From: a virus
DNA: 35,607 bases
UHGV virus genome: UHGV-0212823
Direction: 5' to 3' (one strand)
Shown here: piece by piece, positions 27,301 to 35,607 of the stretch
Layout of the letters: each line of letters starts with the position of its first letter
Position numbering within the stretch: the stretch's first letter is position 1
The notes under the pieces: generated by a model
What the model saw: only the letters and a program-made list of their open reading frames with translations
Database searches by the model: none
What the model was told of the DNA's origin: nothing
Program-made: the position numbers and the translations under genes

Positions 27301-27687
27301 GTTATCTGAAAATGCTGTTCCTGTTCGCTGACTAATATCCATCAGAGTGCGTTGTGACTGATTGAAGTCATCAGTTGATTGCGAGGCCTGCTTCAATCGA
27401 GCATTAACCGAACTCCATTCATCCGCAAGAGATATCAAATGCCCAGTAGCGTACGCACCGGCGAAAGCGCCAGCAAGCCCCATAGCAGATGATTTTGCAG
27501 AATTAAGTTGGCTTGTTACTTCTGCCAGCGCTCTCTGTGTCTCTCTTGATGCTGCAGCAGCTTGACGCCCCCCATTCTGCATGGTTTTGTAATAATCTTG
27601 TCCCATACGTGAAGCGCGAGAAATTTCTGTCTGGAAAGATTGTGAATTTGCGGACACTTTAATAATCAATTCTCGCAAGGTGGCCAT
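24376..27687 (-). CDS. tail tape measure protein
   Basis: 1103 aa, Ala/Gln-rich coiled-coil-like, follows the G/GT chaperone pair. Confidence 0.85.
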   Translation of the reverse strand: MATLRELIIKVSANSQSFQTEISRASRMGQDYYKTMQNGGRQAAAASRETQRALAEVTSQLNSAKSSAMGLAGAFAGAYATGHLISLADEWSSVNARLKQASQSTDDFNQSQRTLMDISQRTGTAFSDNANLFARSAASMREFGYSSEEVLNVTEAISTGLKLSGASTAEASSVITQFSQALAQGVLRGEEFNSVNENGDRVIRALASGMGVARKDLKAMADAGQLTADKVVPALISQLGSLREEYNAMPQTVSAATTKIENAFMAWVGGANEASGVSRTLTGALNGIADNIDEVATAAGVLVAVGAARWFGDIASGAFSATSGLLNAAKSEIALAEAQVRGTQISTARARATVYRAQQALIATRGTDAQAAAEKRLSDAQASLIRNISARTAAQEALNNVTSLGSRLMGGALGLVGGIPGLVMLGAGAWYTMYQNQEQARRSAQDYANTIDQIRSKTKTMSLPEASDNEAKTRQALDEQNRLIDEQAKKVRQLREEISGYQHMLANPGPTVAGYMVNHLKSIDDATRGLSDATNALAIEQERLAQMQAKSQSIQEVLEGVEHRRIALIRQQAAEQNSAYQSLLIMNGQHTEFNRLLGLGNALLMSRQGLVNSPLRSPQAELNTKQVDAIEKSRRELELSRRKGEERERLRLSYSADDLGFASNDPRYQTSRQELINNGLEEWRNNQANKPKAKGGKTEAEKTADTYDKLIKQQKEQIALAGQNTELAKLKYQVSQGELTSLTEAQKQTLLQNAALIDQQKIREQLAAYEANLADSNASARASNQAELTGYGQGSRMRERMQEVLRIREEFQQKNVDLQRQYQSGDISEDLYRQELALNKRYLDERLRDQEAYYSASDAQRSDWTTGMREGFANWADTASDYASQSADLVNNAMSGLVGNISDALAGNKVDWEDWASSVLQSMQKIILNAMLVDSLRSASNSGFFSSIGGMFGAGAGAASGSTPSGAYNSAASGIKLNAKGGAYASESLSAYSNSIVSTPTYFAFAKGAGLMGEAGPEAIMPLTRSADGSLGVRMIGTPGATSGGGDTIIHQHFNISGNGDAALKQAMEQAAAKGARNGARQARQEMMSDFQTNGQARRLLGV

Positions 27688-27703
27688 TGTTCATTCTCCA
27701 GAA

Positions 27704-27726
27704 ACAAAAAAACCGCCGAAGCGGTT
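27704..27726 (-). terminator. rho-independent terminator after the inserted membrane-protein gene
   Basis: Minus-strand hairpin AACCGC-TTCG-GCGGTT followed by U7. Confidence 0.5.
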
Positions 27727-27733
27727 TGTATTA

Positions 27734-28069
27734 TTATTTTTCCCAGACTTTTCGTCGGGCTTCCTCAAGATAATCTTCATCTGTTTTTGTAGGATGATCA
27801 CTTGATAACAAATCACTACCACAATGTTTGCATTTGATGGCTTCTTTTTTTATTAATTCAGCACAGAATGGGCATTTTTTCATACCATCAAATTCCAGCT
27901 TCTCTTTTTCTTCAAACTGTACATCTTTTTTAATAACTAAAGAGTGGACTAAGGCAACAATGAACAGCAGAGCCCCATAAATCCACCACCCCAAAAAAGA
28001 GCGTCCTTTGCTACTTGCAATCAGTGCAGGTATCAGACCAATAACAATTGAAATAAGTAAGATTTCCAT
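27734..28069 (-). CDS. small membrane protein with C-terminal zinc ribbon, 111 aa (moron)
   Basis: Two hydrophobic helices ([35 protein letters not shown]) then CPFC...CKHC; AT-rich; own terminator. Confidence 0.55.
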   Translation of the reverse strand: MEILLISIVIGLIPALIASSKGRSFLGWWIYGALLFIVALVHSLVIKKDVQFEEKEKLEFDGMKKCPFCAELIKKEAIKCKHCGSDLLSSDHPTKTDEDYLEEARRKVWEK

Positions 28070-28125
28070 GACCTTCCCCTAAACATCATCAATGAGGTAA
28101 ATCCTATTATCTTACTGAATAAATG

Positions 28126-28802
28126 TCACTGAGTTGCTGCTATTAATGCAGCCTCGAGCCCTGCAAACGGGTCATTCGATGCTGATTGCTCGTCCCCACC
28201 CCAGCGCAGGATCGCATCTTCCAACGCTACTTTTGCCCCCTGTGATCCGTAGACGGCCGAGACGACCTGAGCAGCCTGAATATCACCGCGAATATCGCCA
28301 ATGGGGCTTTGCCTGTCGAACTCAATCCACATCAAAAGCTCGCTTGCTGTCATGGTCTGCCGAAGTTCTGAGAGCGTGCGCCCCATGCGGAGCGCAAGCG
28401 CCATCAGAAACTTTACGCCGGGGGTTGCGACTTTTCCCGCGCTTCATCCGCGCTGTTGATAAGGTCAAGCGCCTGTTTTAGCAGACGTGAGTGAACGGGG
28501 CCGTAAATTTCACGTACCTGCTCTTCTTCATCGACGCTGAATACCGGTTGCTTGTTGGTATCGCAAAGGACATCAATGAACAGCACGACGTCAGCACAAA
28601 GATTACGGTGTGCTTTTTCTGATACAGATACCTCGCCTTCTTCATCAGCACCAGATTTTGCAATTTCCTGCCAACGTAACCACCCTTCGCCAGAAGGTTC
28701 CCGCAGAACAACCTTCACACCGCCCCATTCAGGGACCGTAATGATTTTATGACGAAAGCCTGACATTTTAGCCAGCGCCAGTTCTTTAAGACTCTTAGCC
28801 AT
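28126..28802 (-). CDS. tail assembly chaperone G-T fusion via programmed -1 frameshift (T-like extension 28126-28443)
   Basis: The -1 frame is open from 28443 to 28126 and overlaps the last 10 codons of the G-like ORF; GGAAAAG lies in the overlap at about 28431-28437. Confidence 0.5.
28413..28802 (-). CDS. tail assembly chaperone (lambda G-like)
   Basis: 129 aa acidic protein between major tail protein and tape measure. Confidence 0.7.
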   Translation of the reverse strand: MAKSLKELALAKMSGFRHKIITVPEWGGVKVVLREPSGEGWLRWQEIAKSGADEEGEVSVSEKAHRNLCADVVLFIDVLCDTNKQPVFSVDEEEQVREIYGPVHSRLLKQALDLINSADEAREKSQPPA

Positions 28803-28829
28803 TTTTTATCCCTGATTAAAGAAGATGAT

Positions 28830-29534
28830 TTACGCTACCGTTACGACGCAGGTTGCTGAGGTAACTTTTCCAGCAGGTGTGGAGGCGTCGGTAACTTCAC
28901 AAACGTAATCACCGGCATCACCTACAGCAGCGTTTGCCTTGTTGAAGGTTGCTGTCGTCTGTCCACTAACCGCGCTGCCGCCTTTCTTCCAGACGTAGGA
29001 ATAAGGCGCTGTTCCCCCGGCAGCTACTACCGTCAGTGACAATGCCGCACCAGAGGAAACGGATTTGGTGTCAGGCAGATCGGTGGTAAGCCGCAGCGCG
29101 TTATCAATTTTCGTCGGCTTACCTTTCAGGCGTAGCGAGAACGTTGCGGCCACCACGCTGTTTGTTCCTGAAGACCAGGTATGCTGACGGACTTCAGACA
29201 GGAACTGGAAGCCAATACCAGACGGGAAGACAATCCGGAAACCATACGTGGTGTCGTTATCGTAAGCTTCACGCAGCGCATCCTGTGCCGGGTTAACGTA
29301 AAAATTACCGGACATGGAGATTTCTGACTGGGCACCCAGGCCATTGATGTTTTCCTGCTCGGTGGAACACAGCGTGGTGACATCAATGTCCTGCTTCTGA
29401 CCGCCAGTAAACTGGACTTCTTTGATAGTACAGTGCAAATCCAGCCAGGTTGCGGCGCCAATCGTATCCAGTGTCGCTGGCGCAGAGGTGATCTGAATTT
29501 TAGTACCCTGCGATTTTTCATACAGTGAGGACAT
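28830..29534 (-). CDS. major tail protein (lambda V-like) with C-terminal Ig-like domain
   Basis: 234 aa; C-terminal Ig-like pattern (PYSYVWKKGGSAVSG...DAGDYVCEVTD); immediately upstream of the chaperone pair. Confidence 0.8.
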   Translation of the reverse strand: MSSLYEKSQGTKIQITSAPATLDTIGAATWLDLHCTIKEVQFTGGQKQDIDVTTLCSTEQENINGLGAQSEISMSGNFYVNPAQDALREAYDNDTTYGFRIVFPSGIGFQFLSEVRQHTWSSGTNSVVAATFSLRLKGKPTKIDNALRLTTDLPDTKSVSSGAALSLTVVAAGGTAPYSYVWKKGGSAVSGQTTATFNKANAAVGDAGDYVCEVTDASTPAGKVTSATCVVTVA

Positions 29535-29591
29535 ATTTGTCTCCTGAAAATAGAAAACCCGCCGTAGCGGGTCTGTGAGTTAATGGATTTG

Positions 29592-29939
29592 TCAGACAGT
29601 GACCTGAAATTCCAGCGTCGCCCGGTAATACCGGCTCTCTGGTTCATAACCAGGGGTTTTGCTTATATTGGTGGGATTGAGTGGCTTAACCATCTGAAGC
29701 ACAATATCACGAAGATTCCGCGCCTCTTTGAGAGTCAGTGAGTAAACATCCACCTGAACCGATATCCCGGATTCGGCCTGTCCGCAAAGAACATCGGCGG
29801 TCACATCAGAAATAAGTGAAAAAATTACCCATGGTGGCGATATCGAGGGCTGACCATCACTACCCAACGGCGCAACGTAAGGATAAACCTGTCCACCGGC
29901 CAGAGGCTTCAGCAAAAGATAAAGGTCATCTTCCGTCAT
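29592..29939 (-). CDS. putative tail terminator protein (gpU-like position)
   Basis: 115 aa, directly before the major tail protein gene. Confidence 0.5.
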   Translation of the reverse strand: MTEDDLYLLLKPLAGGQVYPYVAPLGSDGQPSISPPWVIFSLISDVTADVLCGQAESGISVQVDVYSLTLKEARNLRDIVLQMVKPLNPTNISKTPGYEPESRYYRATLEFQVTV

Positions 29940-30385
29940 TTACTCAGCACCTCATCAATCGCCTGGTTCATGCGTTTCATAGCGACTCGCGTGGCCAGTT
30001 CTTCGCGCGTATCAAACGCAGGACGAACAAAAGGATGTGGGGGCATATTCACTGTGCCCATTTCGACAAATCGCCAGTAAAACGCGTTGCGTCGATCGGA
30101 GGCTTTCATTGAATTATCGCTGTTACCCGTTCGCATGTTTCGACCACGAATATGAACACCGGATGAAATATCACCGAGTTTACGCGATCGCTGCGTCAGC
30201 ACCACAACGTTTTTCTTCAGCTTTCCGGTTCGTTCAGGCGCTCTTACTATCACCTCGTCTTTCAGAACCTCAGCACCAGCCCGAGTGGCATCACGCAGAA
30301 CTTTGTTGTTTTCGGCGCGACTCAGTAATTCCAGATCGCGGGATATCTCTTCAAGGCCAGAAAAATCCAGACTGATATCAATCAT
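29936..30385 (-). CDS. HK97 gp10-family tail completion/neck protein
   Basis: 149 aa; resembles HK97 gp10-family proteins from memory; overlaps both neighbours by 4 nt. Confidence 0.65.
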   Translation of the reverse strand: MIDISLDFSGLEEISRDLELLSRAENNKVLRDATRAGAEVLKDEVIVRAPERTGKLKKNVVVLTQRSRKLGDISSGVHIRGRNMRTGNSDNSMKASDRRNAFYWRFVEMGTVNMPPHPFVRPAFDTREELATRVAMKRMNQAIDEVLSK

Positions 30386-30720
30386 TTTTCCGCTCCATTT
30401 TTACAGAGTATTTCCAGCCTTGTGGCTTTACTGTCAGGTATGGGAGGACCGATGATATTCAGTACTGCGCCTTTAAATGGACCTGTCAGCACTTTTAATC
30501 TTGATGCAGCAGTCACATCACGCCGGAAACGGACCCACACCCGGATCGTTGCCTGCGCCGTTTCCGCACCCGATTGCAACTGCTCCCGGCCACTGATACC
30601 CAGCACTTCCGCCCATATGGTCTTTCCTTCCTGCCACTCTTCAACCGGCTGGCCTGTCGTGTCGCGAAAAGAAGCAAAGTTCAGGATAGTAACGCGATGG
30701 CGTAATCGACCTGCCTGCAT
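30382..30720 (-). CDS. head-tail adaptor / head closure protein
   Basis: 112 aa; RHRVTI...W pattern typical of the head-tail adaptor family. Confidence 0.7.
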   Translation of the reverse strand: MQAGRLRHRVTILNFASFRDTTGQPVEEWQEGKTIWAEVLGISGREQLQSGAETAQATIRVWVRFRRDVTAASRLKVLTGPFKGAVLNIIGPPIPDSKATRLEILCKNGAEK

Positions 30721-30729
30721 ATTCCCTCC

Positions 30730-31050
30730 CTACAGTGGTATGTATCGGTACGGTTGAAGCAAAGACTCAAAACCAAACGGGAAGGTGGTAACAGTATTTC
30801 CGACACTGACTGGTTCTCTGTTTTCAAACCAGTGCCCAACGAGAAGCATCAATGCCAGCAAAATATCGTCGGCAATACTGAGTCCATCAGGATCAGATTC
30901 AGGTACCTTATCTTCATACAGTTTTCGGTTGATGTAATTCTCTGCCATACGCCTTGCGGCGCCGTAGTAGAGCAATAACATTTCATCTTCCGTTGTATCG
31001 TCAGCATCGATCCGACACTGAGCCCTTAGCTTCTCTATCATTTCGCTCAT
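30730..31050 (-). CDS. gp6-like head-tail connector protein (start trimmed to MSEMIEK)
   Basis: About 106 aa, acidic, directly after the major capsid gene. Confidence 0.6.
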   Translation of the reverse strand: MSEMIEKLRAQCRIDADDTTEDEMLLLYYGAARRMAENYINRKLYEDKVPESDPDGLSIADDILLALMLLVGHWFENREPVSVGNTVTTFPFGFESLLQPYRYIPL

Positions 31051-31127
31051 CGTTTTACCCGGCCCGCAGCGAACTGCGGGCATAAAAAAACCGCTTACGC
31101 GGCATCAGGAGACAGCAGAAGTGTTGA

Positions 31128-32345
31128 TTACGGCGCCTTACCCACCAGCGCTTTGATGGCCGCTGTATCTTCCAGCACGCAGTCAAAGCGATGGAAGGCC
31201 AGGAATGCGGTCTGATCATACTCTGCGTAACGCTCAACCAGACGCTTCAGTGTCATGTAGGAAACACGGCGAACAATGAAGCGATTGAAATCACCCAGGT
31301 AAATAAATTTCTTACTCGCTGCCGCGGCATCAATCGCCTGATCAATTACATAGGGAATACCCAGAACGGTTGCCGGGGAACCACCAACAACATCCGGTAG
31401 CCAAAGAGGGCGCTTCTGATCATCCACCATCTCTTCGATTACCTGAAGAGTGACGTCATTAAACGCCCAGCGGAAACGTGGACCACCGCGATATGCCGGA
31501 TCGATCGCATGCTTCAGGCTGTTCATTTCCTGCCAGGTGAATGTTGCGGCCGCCGCAGCAGAAACAGTCCCGGTTACTGAAGCCGCCAGCCCTTTAGGCT
31601 GCTGAGGTGTACCAGCGCCGGTACCCTGCACGAGATATTTGGCTTCACCGCGACCAATTCGCTGCGCAATACGTCCAGCCAGGTATGCCTCAATATCTAC
31701 ACCGCTGTCCTGCAGCAGTTCATTGGAGACGCGGATAATTTTGGATGACAGTTTTTTAGCCCCCAGGATTGCGGTGCCGAATGTTACATCCCCCTCCGTT
31801 GCTGCAGCGTTTTCTGCAAGCAGTTCCCCCTCCTCAGCTGTACCATCAGAAGTGGACCAGGTAATATCCTGACCGTTTGAAGTATTGAGGATTTGCGCAA
31901 CGCTCACGATCCCGCCGTAAGCTTTCATGGCATCAATGATGGTATTTCGCATCTGGGTAGGGACCGTATAACCACCTTTATCATCAGGTGTGGTTCCCTG
32001 CGCACGAAGTTCTTTAACGGCCTGACGTTCTTCAGCAGTCAGCTCACCGAAGCCATGGCGCAGGAGACGATCGAATGCTGCAGCACGGCGCACTTCTGCC
32101 TGCATTTCAGGACTTTCCTGACGCTGGCGCTGTTCAGGCTCCTGTTCATCAACAAAAGACTGATCATGGCGGCGCAATTCCTCTTCACGAGCGATACGCT
32201 CATCAAGCGCGTCCAGTTCGGATTTTGCGACGTTCCACTGAGTGCGCTGCTCTTCGGTCCAGGTGGTATCACCAATTTTATCGTGCAGAGCACGCATATC
32301 AGTGGCGATGGTATTACGTTTTTGCTTCATTTCATGCAGTTTCAT
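31128..32345 (-). CDS. major capsid protein, HK97 fold, with N-terminal scaffold-like delta domain
   Basis: 405 aa; charged coiled N-terminal ~100 aa then capsid core; RBS AAGGAAAAA; follows the protease gene. Confidence 0.9.
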   Translation of the reverse strand: MKLHEMKQKRNTIATDMRALHDKIGDTTWTEEQRTQWNVAKSELDALDERIAREEELRRHDQSFVDEQEPEQRQRQESPEMQAEVRRAAAFDRLLRHGFGELTAEERQAVKELRAQGTTPDDKGGYTVPTQMRNTIIDAMKAYGGIVSVAQILNTSNGQDITWSTSDGTAEEGELLAENAAATEGDVTFGTAILGAKKLSSKIIRVSNELLQDSGVDIEAYLAGRIAQRIGRGEAKYLVQGTGAGTPQQPKGLAASVTGTVSAAAAATFTWQEMNSLKHAIDPAYRGGPRFRWAFNDVTLQVIEEMVDDQKRPLWLPDVVGGSPATVLGIPYVIDQAIDAAAASKKFIYLGDFNRFIVRRVSYMTLKRLVERYAEYDQTAFLAFHRFDCVLEDTAAIKALVGKAP

Positions 32346-32354
32346 GGTTTTTCC

Positions 32355-32954
32355 TTACGCGTTAAGAAGAGTCAGCAGGCGCTCACGCGCCATTCGTTGA
32401 TTAATGGCGTTATGTAGCGCACCACTGTCGCGCGCCTCCTGCCAGGCTTTCATCGATCGGACGCCGGAATCGGCCTCCTGATATGCGGGATAGGTCACCG
32501 GACTGACATCAAACAGCCGGGAAAACTTCGATATTTCGCGAATAACTACCCCTTCGTCGTCCTCATACCAGTGCTCACCATCACGGGCGACTCGAAAGGC
32601 AAAGGACGACTGATTAATGTCACCGCGCAGCATCGGAGCCAGCACCAGATCGCGAATGGTTTGCGTATCCGGCGCGGTAATGTCGTAACGCAGACCGCGA
32701 TCATCTACAGATAGTGACAACGTTCCGGCAGCGCTACGACCAAGGATAAAATTAGGGTCATGGTTAAACAGCCCGCGAACATCATCATTGAGCACATCGT
32801 CAAAAGCACCGGGTTTGATAATTTCACGAAAACCCCAGAGAGGTTCCGAGCGACTGTTAAACACCGATCCGTAACCCAGAATGCGGGTGGGTTCATCGGT
32901 GCGTTGTTCCGCGCGAACCTCCCCGCTATAGCAGCGTGTTTCACGGTCATTCAT
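32355..32954 (-). CDS. prohead protease (HK97 family)
   Basis: 199 aa between portal and capsid genes; start overlaps the portal stop. Confidence 0.85.
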   Translation of the reverse strand: MNDRETRCYSGEVRAEQRTDEPTRILGYGSVFNSRSEPLWGFREIIKPGAFDDVLNDDVRGLFNHDPNFILGRSAAGTLSLSVDDRGLRYDITAPDTQTIRDLVLAPMLRGDINQSSFAFRVARDGEHWYEDDEGVVIREISKFSRLFDVSPVTYPAYQEADSGVRSMKAWQEARDSGALHNAINQRMARERLLTLLNA

Positions 32955-34173
32955 TGGTTTTTTCCTCGTCGGTTTTTGGTGCCTTAAAATCGTCTGCCGG
33001 GTTAGCCGCGTTCACGCTTACCAGCATTTCATCCAGGCCGTCTACCGGGTTCATATCTTCGAAGGCTCTCGCCTCGTTGCGGCTCATCCAGCCATCAGTG
33101 ATCGCAAAGTGGTAGAACTGAGCACGCTCCTGCGGGGTTCCGCGTAGCAGGCCTGTCAGGTTAAACCGGACGTAATACCCTGCCGCCAGTTCCGCACGAG
33201 TAAACAGCCGTCGGTTGAGCTCCTGCTCCCAGTTAGTCACCCACGGCATGATCGTGTAGCGGACAAACTGAATGGCCTGCTGCGTAATGTTTGAGAAGGT
33301 GGCTTTTTCGAGATCGTTAATCATATGTGCAGGAACATTGAATATCCCGGCAATCATGGAGCGGTTCAGCTTCGACATATCAATGATCTGGGCATCAACA
33401 GGGGAAACAGTCAGCGCTTTGTAATCCAGCTCTGCCGGGAGAAGCATTGTTTTATTCTCCTGGCTACGCAGCGCAACAACTGCCTTTTGCCACATGCTTT
33501 TTAAACGCCCCCAGCTTTCATCATTCAACTGGCTTTTTACAGAAATGATGCCGGCTGGTCGGGCATTACCACTGAAGAAAGAACTGGTATATGCCTGCCC
33601 ACTCATCCCCATACCGATCGTCTCGGCGTGTTGCATGATCGGGCTGAGTCCCATTTTCTGGTTATTGCCGAGCGCCCTGATATGCACCATATCGTCAGGG
33701 TTTATAGCAAACGCGCCTTCTTCGTTGTAAACCCCATAGGTGTAACGGCCTCCGGTGTTGAGTAGCGTGGTTTCCCACGGCATACAGCACTCCAGGCCAG
33801 AAACCTCACCGCGTCTGGAACGTTTTACCCACGTATAGCCATTACCCCAGCCCAAAATATGACGTTGCTTTAACTCGCGCCATTTATAGCTGGTCTGCCA
33901 CACGTTCGGCTCATCGTGCACCAGGTAGAACACAGGATGGTCGCGCGCAGCTTCAACCTTGTTATTGGTTTTACGCATCACGTGTAGCGGCATCTGCGCA
34001 ATATTTGACGAGATAACATAAATACAGGCGTAAACAGCAGCCAGTTTCATAGCTGTTTCGGGGCTGACAAAAACATCGCGGGCAAAAATATTGTCCGTTT
34101 CTGCTGATTCTCCCGTAATTGGCGTAGAGGGATTCTCCAGTGGTTCATTGCGAAACAGGGCATCAAGCAGCAT
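32947..34173 (-). CDS. portal protein (HK97 family)
   Basis: 408 aa; position after large terminase. Confidence 0.9.
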   Translation of the reverse strand: MLLDALFRNEPLENPSTPITGESAETDNIFARDVFVSPETAMKLAAVYACIYVISSNIAQMPLHVMRKTNNKVEAARDHPVFYLVHDEPNVWQTSYKWRELKQRHILGWGNGYTWVKRSRRGEVSGLECCMPWETTLLNTGGRYTYGVYNEEGAFAINPDDMVHIRALGNNQKMGLSPIMQHAETIGMGMSGQAYTSSFFSGNARPAGIISVKSQLNDESWGRLKSMWQKAVVALRSQENKTMLLPAELDYKALTVSPVDAQIIDMSKLNRSMIAGIFNVPAHMINDLEKATFSNITQQAIQFVRYTIMPWVTNWEQELNRRLFTRAELAAGYYVRFNLTGLLRGTPQERAQFYHFAITDGWMSRNEARAFEDMNPVDGLDEMLVSVNAANPADDFKAPKTDEEKTNE

Positions 34174-34324
34174 TTTTCCCCCTCATTGCGACCACCAGCG
34201 CATAAAGCAGAAGCAAACTACCGGACATCATCAGAGATGAAGCCAGCCCGAACTGGAGATATACGCCAGCAGCGAGCGAACCGAAACCTGCCAGCCCGAT
34301 AGCATCGGTCATTAATGTTTTCAT
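34163..34324 (-). CDS. small hydrophobic ORF, 53 aa, coupled between terminase and portal
   Basis: ATG overlaps the terminase stop (ATGA); stop overlaps the portal start; MKTLMTDAIGLAGFGSLAAGVYLQFGLASSLMMSGSLLLLYALVVAMRGKNAA; below the ORF-track size cutoff. Confidence 0.35.
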   Translation of the reverse strand: MKTLMTDAIGLAGFGSLAAGVYLQFGLASSLMMSGSLLLLYALVVAMRGKNAA

Positions 34325-35607
34325 AGAATTAAAAGGTCTTCGTCAGGGTCGAGTGTGGACAGGAAATCAGCTTCACCACCACCGTTAACCAGCATTCTGC
34401 TCATTGCAGTAAATAGCGCAGCGGGACCATCTATTTTCGCTTCTGGCGTGGATTTGTTCGGAAAGATATTGTCGTTTTTGTCAGGCTTGACGGTGACGTT
34501 TGACATCATCCAGTTCATAACCGGATGATTGCTGTGATGAAAACGCCCGCCATAAACCAGAGACTCCACCTCTTTCATTGACTCAGAAAAGTTTCTGACC
34601 GTCTGCGGAACCTCCACCAGCGGTACACCCTCTTCTGCCAGAGCCAGACTAAACTGCGTTGCGCTCCACGGATCGAATCCCGTTTCCTTCAGGTTTTCGC
34701 CGCTAATCCACTCCAGAAAATCAGCTTTAATCTGCGCATGATCGATAACATCACCATCGGTCAGTTCCAGCTTCCCAAGCTCAGCCCATTTGCGATACAT
34801 CTGCGCCATTTGAGCGGAACATTTTTCCAGTCGCCCTTCGGGTAACCAGAATTTAAAGTCTGCATGCGCGTGACCGTTGTCTGCCCGCCAGAGTTTTACC
34901 GCAGCACAAATATCAATCTTGTGGGCCAGATCCACACCAGCCCACATCGGGTAGGTTTTCAGCTCATGACGGGGGGCTATAAACTCACATTTTTCCCACT
35001 TAATCATGTCCATCCAGGCTGACTCAGCGGTCACCCAGATATTCATGTGTTTGGTGAAAAAGTTAACCCTGGCGGAAACCTGTTCTTTGGCCTTCTTTGC
35101 CAGACGGCGAAGATCATCCCAGCGCTTACAGATACCCAGCCCGGGGTTTGCCTTTTGCCAGACCGTTTCATCAAACGGATCATCATCTTTATCCAGGGTG
35201 AAGATGATGGCGAAAAATGTATCGTCCTTAACCGCGCCTTCCACTTCGCTGTTATAACCACGCAGCACCTTAATGGCATAATCTCGCAGCTCGTAACAAA
35301 TCCCTTCTTTGTTAAACCCGGCAGTCGTTATGCCAAACAGAAGAGACTGCAATCGTGCGCCGGTTGCAGTCTCCAGAACGTCCCAGACATCACGGGTTTT
35401 ATGCGCATGAAGTTCGTCGACGATGCCACAATGGATATTGAGGCCATCCAGATTGTTGGCATCAGAAGATAGTGGTTCAAACTTGGATGCTGTCTGCTCC
35501 TGGTAGATCGCCAGTTTATTGAATTCAAACAGTCGCCCCAGTGTGGGTTTCGCTTTTTTAACCATGTTTTTCGCATCTTCAAAAACGATGCGAGCCTGAT
35601 CCCGCGT
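34321..35607 (-). CDS. terminase large subunit, C-terminal portion (5' end lies beyond the window)
   Basis: Frame stays open upstream of the first listed Met to the window edge (...TRDQARIVFEDAKNMVKK...); nuclease-domain-like C-terminus. Confidence 0.85.
   Translation of the reverse strand, partial: TRDQARIVFEDAKNMVKKAKPTLGRLFEFNKLAIYQEQTASKFEPLSSDANNLDGLNIHCGIVDELHAHKTRDVWDVLETATGARLQSLLFGITTAGFNKEGICYELRDYAIKVLRGYNSEVEGAVKDDTFFAIIFTLDKDDDPFDETVWQKANPGLGICKRWDDLRRLAKKAKEQVSARVNFFTKHMNIWVTAESAWMDMIKWEKCEFIAPRHELKTYPMWAGVDLAHKIDICAAVKLWRADNGHAHADFKFWLPEGRLEKCSAQMAQMYRKWAELGKLELTDGDVIDHAQIKADFLEWISGENLKETGFDPWSATQFSLALAEEGVPLVEVPQTVRNFSESMKEVESLVYGGRFHHSNHPVMNWMMSNVTVKPDKNDNIFPNKSTPEAKIDGPAALFTAMSRMLVNGGGEADFLSTLDPDEDLLIL

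Noticed and set aside
29126-29647. 173-aa minus-strand ORF
   Set aside because: Alternative frame overlapping the major tail protein gene; Arg/Ser/Cys-rich translation; no independent support.

Overview
The window is a nearly complete temperate siphovirus (prophage or phage genome) with almost every gene on the minus strand. Read from the high-coordinate end it runs: large terminase (partial at the window edge), HK97-type head module (portal, prohead protease, major capsid protein, connector and adaptor proteins), lambda-like tail module (major tail protein with Ig-like C-terminus, G/GT chaperone pair, tape measure, three minor tail proteins, J-like host-specificity protein, two distal fibre-region proteins), a plus-strand dinI-like gene, an AT-rich non-coding tract with repeat arrays, a P4-type tyrosine integrase, two AlpA-family genes bracketing an AT-rich orphan gene, a Bro-N protein, a divergent regulatory region with palindromic operators, a tightly coupled early/replication operon (CHC2 zinc-finger protein, large P-loop primase/helicase-like protein, SSB, many small unknown ORFs), a Q-type antiterminator with a pR'-like promoter and tR'-like terminator, a Rha-family gene, a three-tRNA cluster, and a lysis cassette (holin, SAR-type lysozyme, partial Rz spanin). 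Calls rest on reading the ORF translations, ribosome-binding sites, terminator hairpins and repeats by eye; no database search was run, so family assignments are recollection-based and graded accordingly. Best candidates for undescribed biology are the AT-rich orphan gene between the duplicated AlpA genes next to the integrase, the small membrane zinc-ribbon gene inserted upstream of the tape measure gene, the overlapping convergent ORF pair between Q and the tRNAs, and the nonamer repeat modules flanking the integrase gene. No cI-like repressor, CRISPR array or toxin gene was recognised.
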